Assembly: GCA_022865275.1 (NCBI GenBank)
Contig: JALIDQ010000001.1
Span: 1-51,141 of the forward strand
DNA: 51,141 nt
Source: Candidatus Nanohalarchaeota archaeon QJJ-9
GTDB taxonomy: Archaea; Nanohalarchaeota; Nanosalinia; Nanosalinales; Nanoanaerosalinaceae
Reading direction: 5' to 3'
Positions 39,627-47,717 of the stretch are shown piece after piece. The notes beneath the pieces are model-generated. The model did not search any database and was not told where the DNA came from. It saw nothing but the letters and a program-made list of their open reading frames with translations. Positions within the stretch are counted from its first letter, which is position 1. Every line of letters begins with the position of its first letter. A program made the position numbers and the translations under genes.

Positions 39627-40062
39627 AATAGTTAGTATTGATTATGAAGGACTTAGAAGCTCGTTTCGCAGAGCTGCGAAGGGTTTATCTAACGCTTTAC
39701 CTATGATAGTCGGAGTCGTCTTCTTGATGGGGCTTGTGAAGAGTTTTGTACCCAAGAGTTTCTATATAGAATTTCTAGGCGGATCCTGGCTCCGATCAAG
39801 TCTTATGGGTTCTGGTGTAGGAAGCGTTCTCGCAGGTAACCCTGTTACCTCGTATATAATCGGAGGGGAGATGCTTTCTCAAGGGGTTGGTCTCTATGCG
39901 GTAACCTCGTTTATCCTTGCATGGGTTACAGTTGGAATAGTCCAGTTCCCAGCGGAATCTGAGGAGCTTGGAAGAAGGTTTGCTTTGACGAGAAATGTTT
40001 TTAGCTTTTTACTAGCTCTTGCAGGTGGTTTTGTAACCGTGGCTATCCTGGGGGTGCTATGA
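39610..40062 (+). CDS. Permease-like membrane protein (subunit A)
   Basis: GS.LAGNPVTSYIIGGE; AWVTVG.VQ.PAE...LG..FA..RN. Confidence 0.8.
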   Translation: MRLRSRIVSIDYEGLRSSFRRAAKGLSNALPMIVGVVFLMGLVKSFVPKSFYIEFLGGSWLRSSLMGSGVGSVLAGNPVTSYIIGGEMLSQGVGLYAVTSFILAWVTVGIVQFPAESEELGRRFALTRNVFSFLLALAGGFVTVAILGVL

Positions 40063-40580
40063 TGCTTTACAGCTATTTTAAGAGGAGCTTTAGGAAATGG
40101 GTTTTTGTAGCTATTGTAGGAGGTTTTTACGGCCTAGGATGGTTTTTAAGACCTGAAAAAGCTGTTTCAGCTTTTTACAGCTCTGTTGGAATTTTTAGAA
40201 ATATACTGCCTGTTTTTGTTCTGGTATTTGCTCTGATGGGAGTTACTAACTATTTTGTAAAGCCTAAGAAGCTTCTGAACTATTTTGGGAGTCATAGAAG
40301 TGTTAAGGGGTGGATTATAGCGTCTCTAGCAGGGATTATTTCGCATGGACCGATTTTTATGTGGTATCCGTGGCTTTCTGATCTTCAGGAGAAAGGAGTC
40401 GGCAACGGTTTTATAGCTACATTTCTATACAACCGGGCTGTGAAGGTTCCTCTGATCCCTTTTATGGCGCTCTATTTTGGGATAGACTTTGTTGCTGTAC
40501 TTACTCTTGTTATGATAGTTTTTTCCCTTTTTCAAGGAGTTTTAGTCGGCAAACTTTTAGAAAACAAAGGAGGTGATTGA
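40059..40580 (+). CDS. Permease-like membrane protein (subunit B)
   Basis: GIISHGPIFMWYP.L.DL..KG; FLYNRAVK.P. Confidence 0.8.
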   Translation: MMLYSYFKRSFRKWVFVAIVGGFYGLGWFLRPEKAVSAFYSSVGIFRNILPVFVLVFALMGVTNYFVKPKKLLNYFGSHRSVKGWIIASLAGIISHGPIFMWYPWLSDLQEKGVGNGFIATFLYNRAVKVPLIPFMALYFGIDFVAVLTLVMIVFSLFQGVLVGKLLENKGGD

Positions 40581-40887
40581 TTTGAAAGTTGCTGTAGCTT
40601 CTGAATCTGATTCGAGGTCTGGAAAGGTTAGCAGTAAGGCTGGAAGAGCTCCTTTCTACCTGATTTTCGAGGACGGCGAGCTTGTTGAGACATGGAAGAA
40701 CGAGTATGCTGAGGCTCGTGGGGGGGCTGGAAGAAATGTTCCTGAGGAGCTTGACAGGAAGGGCGTTGATAAGGTTTTGGCTGGAAACTTTGGAGGGAAT
40801 ATGGAGACCAAGCTCAAGCAGCTCGGTATTGCCTATAGTACGGTGGGAGCTGTTGATGTGGAAGAGACTGTTGAGCTCGGGTCTTGA
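40573..40887 (+). CDS. NifB/NifX family Mo-Fe cluster-binding-like protein
   Basis: KVAVAS...VS...GRAPFYLIF...N...GGAG...G.D.V.AGNFG. Confidence 0.85.
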   Translation: MIDLKVAVASESDSRSGKVSSKAGRAPFYLIFEDGELVETWKNEYAEARGGAGRNVPEELDRKGVDKVLAGNFGGNMETKLKQLGIAYSTVGAVDVEETVELGS

Positions 40888-40985
40888 TTGGTTTTGGTTG
40901 TTGGAGGTAGGGCTGTGGGACAAAATTTATTTAAGTATACCCGCCGCCTATTTTTTCCGAGAGTTAGGAGTTTTTGAGGTAAATT

Positions 40986-41130
40986 CCCTCCTTAGCTCAG
41001 GTCACAGATCAGAGATCTGTTCGATGACCTAACGCTGGGATTTTTTGCAAAATCCCTCCTTAGCTCAGTTGAAAACCTGGCGGTTTTCGGCTATGAGCTA
41101 ATACCGGGATCAAAACCCTCCTTAGCTCAG
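40986..41130 (+). repeat. Three direct 15-bp repeats of the tRNA-Tyr 5' end
   Basis: CCCTCCTTAGCTCAG at 40986, 41054 and 41116 (the last is the tRNA itself). Confidence 0.9.
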
Positions 41131-41220
41131 CCTGGCAGAGCGTCCGCCTGTAGCACCAGCCGGATGCTATCCACTGTTTCAGCCAGCGGATCGTCCCCCG
41201 TTCAAATCGGGGAGGAGGGA
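41116..41220 (+). tRNA. tRNA-Tyr(GTA) with 31-nt intron at 37/38 (41154-41184)
   Basis: C1-G72 acceptor CCCTCCT/AGGAGGG; TCCGC-CTGTAG|A-GCGGA; mature length 74 nt. Confidence 0.92.
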
Positions 41221-41307
41221 TTTCTATTTTTTCCTTTGATTTTTTCTCGTTTTACAGGTTTTTCAGAGATTTGAACGACCTTGATTCTCTTCGAGAACCG
41301 TGGAGTG

Positions 41308-41336
41308 CAAATCGGGGAGGAGGGATTTCTATTTTT
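41308..41336 (+). repeat. 29-bp copy of tRNA-Tyr 3' end plus flank (att-like)
   Basis: CAAATCGGGGAGGAGGGATTTCTATTTTT is identical to 41203-41231. Confidence 0.9.
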
Positions 41337-41378
41337 CTTTCCGTTAACTGTTTAAGTCCTCCGAAAGAATTTTTGGGT

Positions 41379-41948
41379 ATGGATTTCAGAGACCGTTACA
41401 GCGAGTTTTTCGAACAGCTCGACGATAAGTTCTTCGACGAGGAGAGGTTTGTTCCTGCGGAAGGAACTCTGGAAGCGGAATACATGCTTGTAGGAGAGGC
41501 TCCTGGAGCTAACGAGGTAAAAGAAAAGGAACCTTTCGTGGGAAGGGCTGGGGAGAAGATGAATGATATACTTGAGGAGATAGGCGTGGAAAGAGAGGAG
41601 CTTTACATAACCAACCTGGTAAAGGTAAGACCACCGGACAACCGAGACCCAAGAAAGAATGAGATAGAGGCTTGGAGACCTCTTCTCGACAAGGAGATTC
41701 TTGATATCGATCCTGAAGTTATTCTTACGATGGGAAACTTTGCCTCGAGGCAGTTGCTTGATACTAAAAAAGGTATAACCCAGATACATGGCAGGCTGTT
41801 TACAAGGAACGGTAGGAAGATAATGCCTGTGTATCATCCTGCTGCAACTCTGTACGATAATTCTAAAACCCCTGTGTTCAAGGAAGACCTTAAGAAAGCG
41901 TTCGGAAAGGCTGATACGGGTCAGAAAACTTTTAAGGATAGTTTCTGA
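41379..41948 (+). CDS. udg: Uracil-DNA glycosylase, family 4-like
   Basis: GEAPG..E...PFVG.AG; ITN.VK.RPP.NR.P; HPAA. Confidence 0.9.
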   Translation: MDFRDRYSEFFEQLDDKFFDEERFVPAEGTLEAEYMLVGEAPGANEVKEKEPFVGRAGEKMNDILEEIGVEREELYITNLVKVRPPDNRDPRKNEIEAWRPLLDKEILDIDPEVILTMGNFASRQLLDTKKGITQIHGRLFTRNGRKIMPVYHPAATLYDNSKTPVFKEDLKKAFGKADTGQKTFKDSF

Positions 41949-41959
41949 GGTCTTTAGTC

Positions 41960-42310
41960 ATGGAAAGGCTAGACGGTTCTGACTGGATTGATAGAGAGAA
42001 CTACCGCAAGAAGATTGTTGCTCCAGAAGGGGAGCTTGAAGGTGAGGGAACGTTTATGCAGGTTGTTGAAGTTCCAAAGGGCAATCACGTTCCTCTCCAT
42101 AGGCACGATACTACGGAGGAGGTCTTCTACATCCTGCAGTCGGGTGGTAGGCTGGTTATCAACGGAGAGGAGCTTAGGCCTGAGGAAGGTGATGTTATTG
42201 TCTGCGAACCAGGAGACGAGCACGAGGTCTTCAACAACTCTGGCCAGACGTTCTGCATCCTTGTCTTTAAGATCAACTATGAGGAGGACGATACCGAGTG
42301 GCTGGAATAA
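41960..42310 (+). CDS. Cupin-domain protein
   Basis: H.H...EEVFYIL; PGDEHEV.N. Confidence 0.85.
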   Translation: MERLDGSDWIDRENYRKKIVAPEGELEGEGTFMQVVEVPKGNHVPLHRHDTTEEVFYILQSGGRLVINGEELRPEEGDVIVCEPGDEHEVFNNSGQTFCILVFKINYEEDDTEWLE

Positions 42311-43182
42311 TGGAGCGGTATGAGGAGATTATACCGGACTTTGAGAGGTTCAAGGAGGTTGCTAAGACCCACCAGCCCCGAGAGGTCCGCGTAAATACTC
42401 TAAAGTCTTCTGTCTCTGAGGTAAAGAGGATGTTTGATAGGGAAGGTGTAGAATACGAGCAGCGGGACTGGAACCCTCGTTTCTTTAGGATTGATTCGTC
42501 CCCTGGGAAGCTTTTTTCTCACTGGCTGGGGAAGATTTACGGGCAGGAGTCTGTCTCAGGGATTCCTAGCCTTGCTTTGGAGCCGAAGCCTGGTGAGAAG
42601 GTGTTGGACTTGTGTGCGGCTCCTGGCTCTAAGACCACTCAGATCGCCGCGTTGATGGGTAATCAGGGCGAAATCTTTGCGAACGATAAGTCGAGTAATC
42701 GGTTGAGGAGTCTTGTGGCGAATGTCTACCGGACCGGTGCATTAAACGTTCAGACTTTTCAGAGGGATGCTAGAAACCTTCCTGAGGACTGGAAGTTTGA
42801 CAAGGTCCTTGTCGATGCTCCGTGTTCTGCTGAGGGAAATCTTCGGGAGAAGGAGGAGCTAAGACAGGGAGCTGATATTTCCCAGGTGGAAAGCCTTTCT
42901 GAGCTGCAGAAGGCTTTGCTTGGGAAGGGTTTCAGGCTTCTTAAGGAGGGAGGAACTCTGGTCTATTCTACCTGTACCTTTGCTCCTGAGGAGAATGAGG
43001 AGGTTGTTGCTGAGTTTTTGGGTGGGGCGGAACTTGTTGATCTGAGTTTTGATTTTTCTCATTCGAATGGCTTGACTTCGTGGAAAGGCGAGGCTTTTCC
43101 TTCTAAACTTGAGAACGCTGTAAGGGTCTACCCGCACCAGCTTGATTCTGGAGGGATTTTTGTTGCCAAGTTTGAGGGATGA
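42310..43182 (+). CDS. RsmB/NOP2 family RNA m5C methyltransferase
   Basis: VLDLCAAPGSKT, DAPCS, YSTCT..PEENE. Confidence 0.93.
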   Translation: MERYEEIIPDFERFKEVAKTHQPREVRVNTLKSSVSEVKRMFDREGVEYEQRDWNPRFFRIDSSPGKLFSHWLGKIYGQESVSGIPSLALEPKPGEKVLDLCAAPGSKTTQIAALMGNQGEIFANDKSSNRLRSLVANVYRTGALNVQTFQRDARNLPEDWKFDKVLVDAPCSAEGNLREKEELRQGADISQVESLSELQKALLGKGFRLLKEGGTLVYSTCTFAPEENEEVVAEFLGGAELVDLSFDFSHSNGLTSWKGEAFPSKLENAVRVYPHQLDSGGIFVAKFEG

Positions 43183-43603
43183 GCTTGTGGATTATTTCGA
43201 GGAGAGGTTTGGTGTGGAACCTTCTTTCTGGGATGACTATGCGGCGTACGAGAAGAGTGGTTCTCTGTGGGTCGTTTCTGAGGAGGTTAGTAGGAGGGAA
43301 GGTTTTGAGACTGCTGGAATCCGTGCTTTGAGAAGGCTTAGGATTGGCTTGAAGCCTACGACTTATGTTCTCCAGTTCCTTGGTGAGGAGCTGGGTAGTA
43401 ATGTGGTTGATTTGGATGAGGAGGAGTTTAGGCGCGTGGTTCTAAACAGAGAAGTTGTTAGTTCCGATTTTTCAAGAGGATATGTCGCGTTGAGGTTCCG
43501 CGGTGAGGTTGTGGGTTGCGGTCTTGTCTCTGGAGAAGGACTTGAGACCCAGGTTCCCAAGTCTCGTGCTGAGCTTCTTGAAGGGGTTTTTTCTCTGGAC
43601 TGA
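43172..43603 (+). CDS. PUA/NIP7-like partner of m5C methyltransferase
   Basis: YF.ERFG; KPTT; GYV.L....VGCG; translationally coupled; start uncertain (TTG). Confidence 0.7.
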   Translation: MRDELVDYFEERFGVEPSFWDDYAAYEKSGSLWVVSEEVSRREGFETAGIRALRRLRIGLKPTTYVLQFLGEELGSNVVDLDEEEFRRVVLNREVVSSDFSRGYVALRFRGEVVGCGLVSGEGLETQVPKSRAELLEGVFSLD

Positions 43604-43645
43604 TTCTGGAAGAGTTTATAAGATTAAGGTGTTTAACATTTTCTT

Positions 43646-43760
43646 GCTGGCGGCCAGAGCGAGGGGGCAACACCTGTACCCATCCCGAACACAGAAGTAA
43701 AGTCCCTCAGCGATCTGGCCGGTACTGCCGGAAGGCGGGAAAACCAGGACGCTGCCAGCC
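43646..43760 (+). rRNA. rrf: 5S rRNA (stand-alone)
   Basis: GCTGGCGGC/GCTGCCAGC helix I; ACCTGTACCCATCCCGAACACAGAAGT. Confidence 0.95.
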
Positions 43761-43776
43761 TTTTGTTACTGTTCTT

Positions 43777-44319
43777 TTATCTGACTGTTCTCTGCCAGTA
43801 TCCGAGGATTTTTTCCTGGTAGTGCTCTTCTATCTCTTCCCAGTGTTTGTCTAAGTAGTCTTCTACTTCTTTTTCGTAGAAGTTTGTCAGATGGAAGTTG
43901 TATATGTCGTCGACTGTCTTGGTCAGGTTGTAGTCTATGTCTTTCTGATATTTTTCCTGGACTGGTCTGAGAGCCAGGGATAGGTGTGTTCCTAGGAGTT
44001 GTTTGACGTCTTTTCTTAGATTGTTTTCTGTTAGGTCTAGGTTTCTTGGTTCTCTGTCTTTCTCCATTTTGTTTAGAAGTTCTACAAAGCTTGAATCTGC
44101 TCCTGTTGGCTCTTTCTGAAGTTCTAGGAGGGTTTTGTGGATGTAATGAGGGAAGTAATATTGTTTGACGTATTCTGCAGCTTTTTTTATGTCGCCGAGG
44201 TGGGTGTTATAGCCTCGTTTTTCGAGAGTCTCTGCGTATTTTTTTGTGAAGAATTCTCCTGGACTGTTTTCCATTTTTTCCTTGGCTTTTTTTATCTGGT
44301 CTTTCTCGATTTTTTCCAC
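43777..44319 (-). CDS. Hypothetical protein
   Basis: 180 aa ORF with GAGGT SD/GTG start region; no recognised motif. Confidence 0.6.
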   Translation of the reverse strand: MEKIEKDQIKKAKEKMENSPGEFFTKKYAETLEKRGYNTHLGDIKKAAEYVKQYYFPHYIHKTLLELQKEPTGADSSFVELLNKMEKDREPRNLDLTENNLRKDVKQLLGTHLSLALRPVQEKYQKDIDYNLTKTVDDIYNFHLTNFYEKEVEDYLDKHWEEIEEHYQEKILGYWQRTVR

Positions 44320-44424
44320 CTCTTTGCTTGGAAGGTTTTTCTCTGGGTGGTTGTGAATGAAAGGATTTAGTTCTGGAAACCTTCTTAAAACTATTCATAC
44401 AAAGATTTGGATGCTGAAGGGTTT

Positions 44425-44499
44425 GCCGAGATGGTGTAGTCCGGCCCATCATACCAGCCTGTCACGCTGGTGACGCGGGTTCAAATCCCGCTCTCGGCG
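44425..44499 (+). tRNA. tRNA-Asp(GTC), intronless; island anchor
   Basis: GCCGAGA/TCTCGGC acceptor, G73; CCAGC-CTGTCAC-GCTGG. Confidence 0.95.
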
Positions 44500-44570
44500 T
44501 CACTTCGTTCCTTGAAGAGTTTTTCAGGGGTTACAAGCTCTACTTCTCTTTCTTTCAGTTCTTCTGTCTT
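44481..44570 (-). pseudogene. C-terminal remnant of an archaeal ATPase (DUF234-like), copy 1
   Basis: TEELKEREVELVTPEKLFKE...* ends inside the tRNA 3' end; homologous to 46144-46310. Confidence 0.45.
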
Positions 44571-44819
44571 CTGGAAATTATAGTTGAGTGGAAAAATCTT
44601 ATGATCAGCAGCGGTCTGTACCCGTAAAATTCCTTGTCCAGACACCCAGTTAGTCTCATCAATTTTTTCTTCAACTATATAAGCATCATCTGAGAGCAGG
44701 GTGTCCTTCCAGCTTGAGTAGGTGTTTTCCCTGGACTGACAGTAGCCTCTGTACTGTTGACATACGGTTATCATAATTTATGTGTAAACGGTTTGCAAGG
44801 TTGAAAGAGAAAGACCTGC

Positions 44820-44912
44820 GGTATAATCTATACCTCAGTTGTGGTATAAAAAATACCAGAAGGTATTTAAATTTTGGTACAAAATATACCACCAGTTTGG
44901 TATAAAATATCC
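44820..44912. promoter_or_regulatory. Four GGTA(T/C)-N-ATACC-type palindromic operators around a TATA box
   Basis: Sites at 44820-44834, 44843-44857, 44876-44890 and 44899-44912; TTTAAA at 44866-44871. Confidence 0.7.
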
Positions 44913-44942
44913 GAGTTGTCTGATTGAGAGAGGTAGAAAAAG

Positions 44943-45374
44943 ATTACAACTATAGAAGAGCACAAAAGGAAGATAAAAGAACATCTTGATGAAATAAACG
45001 AAGCCTTAGATATAGGAATCGATAAGAGACCGACTACGATTGGACTTCACACCTCTCTTTGCTCGACAGAGCTTTTGGAACTTTATCTTCACTTGGAGAA
45101 CAAGATAAGTATGGGAAAACAGATAAAGCATAACTGGTTCAAGAGACCAAAGGAAGACCAGAAAAAAGACCCTTTGCCAGATAGGAAAATAGGAGCGGAA
45201 TTTCCAAATAAGGAGAGGATTTATTCTCTTCTATATAGCATAGAGGAAGAAAGAGATAATTTGGTTTACGGAAGAGCGGAAGAGGAACAGACTAAAAAAG
45301 TGCTTAAATCTTTCCAAGAGTTGAAATCCATCTTAATTGAGAGAATAGAGAAAGAAGGTGTCGAACTTGAATAA
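44943..45374 (+). CDS. HEPN-like protein (probable ATT start)
   Basis: Frame is open from 44937, just after an in-frame TAG; GAGGT SD precedes ATT; EEERDNLVYG R-x4-Y motif; coupled to MNT gene. Confidence 0.6.
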   Translation: MTTIEEHKRKIKEHLDEINEALDIGIDKRPTTIGLHTSLCSTELLELYLHLENKISMGKQIKHNWFKRPKEDQKKDPLPDRKIGAEFPNKERIYSLLYSIEEERDNLVYGRAEEEQTKKVLKSFQELKSILIERIEKEGVELE

Positions 45375-45984
45375 ATACTCTCTGATAAGTTACGCAATAG
45401 AATATATATCCTTTATGTTGAGGAGCCAGGAATTAGAAAAGGATAATATCAAGAGTGTGATCTTGTTTGGATCAGTGGCGAGAGGAGATTTTGATAAGGA
45501 TAGTGATATTGACATCTTTATTGATCTTTATGATCTGGAAGATAGGGATAAAATTAAGGAAGAGGCCGAGCGAAGGCTTAAGAACTTTTACAAGTCCGAT
45601 AGTTTCCATAAATGGGAGCTGAGAGGGATTGATAACGAGATAAATTTGAAGATTGGAGATCTGGATAACTGGAAGTTAAAAGATTCAATTATAAGCGATG
45701 GAATTTCGCTCTACGGTTCCTATAAAGAAGTTCCTGAAGGAGATAGTTTTATCCTGTTCACCTTTGAACCGATCAAGCCTGTTAAAAAACGGAACAGAGT
45801 AATCAGAAATCTATTTGGAAGAAGCGATTACCCTTCCCAAGGTCTGGTTGAAGAAATGAATGGTGAAAAACTGACTTCCAGAAGTTTTGTAGTTCCTAAG
45901 AGGAACATGGAAGAAGTAAAGAAAGTACTGGATGATAACGATGTAGATTACTCTTTATACGAATTATACTCTTCACAGTTTTAG
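45358..45984 (+). CDS. Minimal nucleotidyltransferase (MNT) with C-terminal ferredoxin/Cas2-like domain
   Basis: ILFGSVARG.F..DSDIDIFI; C-terminal LF.F...R..VIR.LFG...GEKL...FVVP. Confidence 0.8.
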   Translation: MSNLNKYSLISYAIEYISFMLRSQELEKDNIKSVILFGSVARGDFDKDSDIDIFIDLYDLEDRDKIKEEAERRLKNFYKSDSFHKWELRGIDNEINLKIGDLDNWKLKDSIISDGISLYGSYKEVPEGDSFILFTFEPIKPVKKRNRVIRNLFGRSDYPSQGLVEEMNGEKLTSRSFVVPKRNMEEVKKVLDDNDVDYSLYELYSSQF

Positions 45985-46143
45985 AGAAGCTTGAGGAAAG
46001 GGGGTCTAGTGAGTGGAAAGGGAAGTGGTCTGGTCAGGTATTATGTAGCCAAAGAGTAGAACTATGAACCGATTCTCCCCCCCAAATGAGTCAATTCCTG
46101 AGTCAGTTCTATTACTGATGCCTTCTCTTCGAGAAGTCTTGTA

Positions 46144-46230
46144 TCAAACCCCGCTCTCGGCGTTGATTTCATCCTTGAGAAGCTTTTCAGGGGTTGCAAG
46201 GTCTATTTCTCTTTCTTTCAGTTCTTCTGT
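46144..46230 (+). repeat. Copy of tRNA-Asp 3' end plus ~65-bp flank (att-like site 2)
   Basis: TCAAACCCCGCTCTCGGCGT matches 44481-44500 at 19/20; similarity continues through TTTTCAGGGGTT and TTCTCTTTCTTTCAGTTCTTCTGT. Confidence 0.9.
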
Positions 46231-46310
46231 GAACCTGTTTTTGGAGATGCGTTTTTATTTAACTTTTCTTTCGTTGTTTCTCCACTGCAAGACTTTACCT
46301 GCTTTTTCTC
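46144..46310 (-). pseudogene. C-terminal remnant of an archaeal ATPase (DUF234-like), copy 2
   Basis: EKAGKVLQWRNNERKVK*KRISKNRFTEELKEREIDLATPEKLLK. Confidence 0.55.
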
Positions 46311-46433
46311 TGATAGGGGCCCCAACGGTCGGAAAGAAAGAGTGTATTTGGTTCCACTTTTTCCCCTGAATTTACTGTATCTGTTTCCAACTTATCGTAA
46401 AGTTTTTATATACAAGATTCCAATAGATTCTGT

Positions 46434-47678
46434 ATGGGTCTGGAAGATGAGATAGTTCGGCAGAATCCTCAGTGGAGAGGTGAAAAGCTTTCCAGGGGAA
46501 GTATCTGTAGGGAAAAGGAGGAGGAGATCAGAGAGGAGTTAGATGAGGATATTGTGACCGCTATAACAGGGATGAGAAGGGTGGGGAAGACGACTTTGAT
46601 GCAGAGGATTATAGATAGTTTAGAAGAGAGAGGTGAAAGAACATTCTACTATTCTTTCGATATAGACAAGGTTGAGGTAAGAGAACTATTGGAGACTTTC
46701 TTCCAGGAGATCGAGAACGAAAGCCCGGAACAAGCCGGTAGCGTGTACATCTTCCTGGACGAGGTGCAGAAAATCGAGGGCTGGAGCGACCATGTAAAGG
46801 CCTACCACGACCGTTACGAAAATCTGAAGTTTTTCGTGACCGGCTCTTCATCCGCAAATATCAGAAAAGGCGGTGGAGAAAGCCTGGTCGGAAGGATCAG
46901 CATCTACAGTTTAACGTCTTTCACATTCAGAGAGTTCCTGAGGTACCGCGGAATCAGTATACCGGAGAAAGACTTCGAAAAACTGGCTCTGCCTGAAAAC
47001 TCGAACCGGATAAAAGCAAAGCTACCGGAGTATCTGGAGACAGGAGGCTTCCCTGAGCTGATGGATAAGGAAGAGACTGTAAGGAGGGAAAGGCTGAACG
47101 ACATACTAGACCTGACGCTTTACAGGGATATTGTGGAGCTCTTTGGAGTAGGAAGACCAGAACTGCTCGAGGCAATATTCAAGTCGATAACTGAGACCAG
47201 CGGAAACACGGTAAACTACAATAAGCTCGGTAAAAACCTGGATGCGCAGTATAAAACAGTCAGAAAGTATGTTGATGCGCTGGAACAATCATTTCTGATA
47301 GAAAAAAGCCGGAGACTACAGAACAACAAGCTACAGGAATACAAGAAAAGGCCGAAAATCTATGCGGGAGAACACAGCTTCTGCTCACTTCAAGGAACAA
47401 AGAAAGGCCTGAAAGCAGAGACAGCAGCCTACAACCACCTCAAAACAAAAGGAGAAACAGGTTACTGGCGCAAAAAACAGGACGAAGTCGATATAATCCT
47501 CAAGCAAGGTGAGAATCTGAAGGCGTTTGAGGTCAAATACAGGAACCAGGAAGGAAAAACAGAGTTCAACAGCTTTAAAAAAGAGTGCCCGGAAGCGGAA
47601 ACATTCCAGATAACCAAAAACACGCTGGACAGAGACAAAGACAAAATACCGCTCTGGCTACTACTTGTACATATCTAA
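46434..47678 (+). CDS. AAA_14 + DUF4143 ATPase with C-terminal PD-(D/E)xK-like domain
   Basis: QNP.W; G.RRVGKTT; FLDEVQ; TGSS; GGFPE; EVDII...FEVKY. Confidence 0.9.
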   Translation: MGLEDEIVRQNPQWRGEKLSRGSICREKEEEIREELDEDIVTAITGMRRVGKTTLMQRIIDSLEERGERTFYYSFDIDKVEVRELLETFFQEIENESPEQAGSVYIFLDEVQKIEGWSDHVKAYHDRYENLKFFVTGSSSANIRKGGGESLVGRISIYSLTSFTFREFLRYRGISIPEKDFEKLALPENSNRIKAKLPEYLETGGFPELMDKEETVRRERLNDILDLTLYRDIVELFGVGRPELLEAIFKSITETSGNTVNYNKLGKNLDAQYKTVRKYVDALEQSFLIEKSRRLQNNKLQEYKKRPKIYAGEHSFCSLQGTKKGLKAETAAYNHLKTKGETGYWRKKQDEVDIILKQGENLKAFEVKYRNQEGKTEFNSFKKECPEAETFQITKNTLDRDKDKIPLWLLLVHI

Positions 47679-47717
47679 AGAAACCGCTGCAGACCTCTGC
47701 AAGCCTAGATATTTATG

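Noticed and set aside
40986..41100. Trans-spliced split tRNA halves
   Set aside because: An intact tRNA-Tyr is adjacent; the extensions pair with themselves rather than with a visible partner leader.
40986..41130. CRISPR array
   Set aside because: Repeats are only 15 bp and identical to the tRNA 5' end, spacers are self-complementary, and there are no cas genes in the window.
46064..46369. 101-aa plus-strand ORF
   Set aside because: Spans the att-like repeat and the antisense ATPase remnant; composition is atypical for this proteome.
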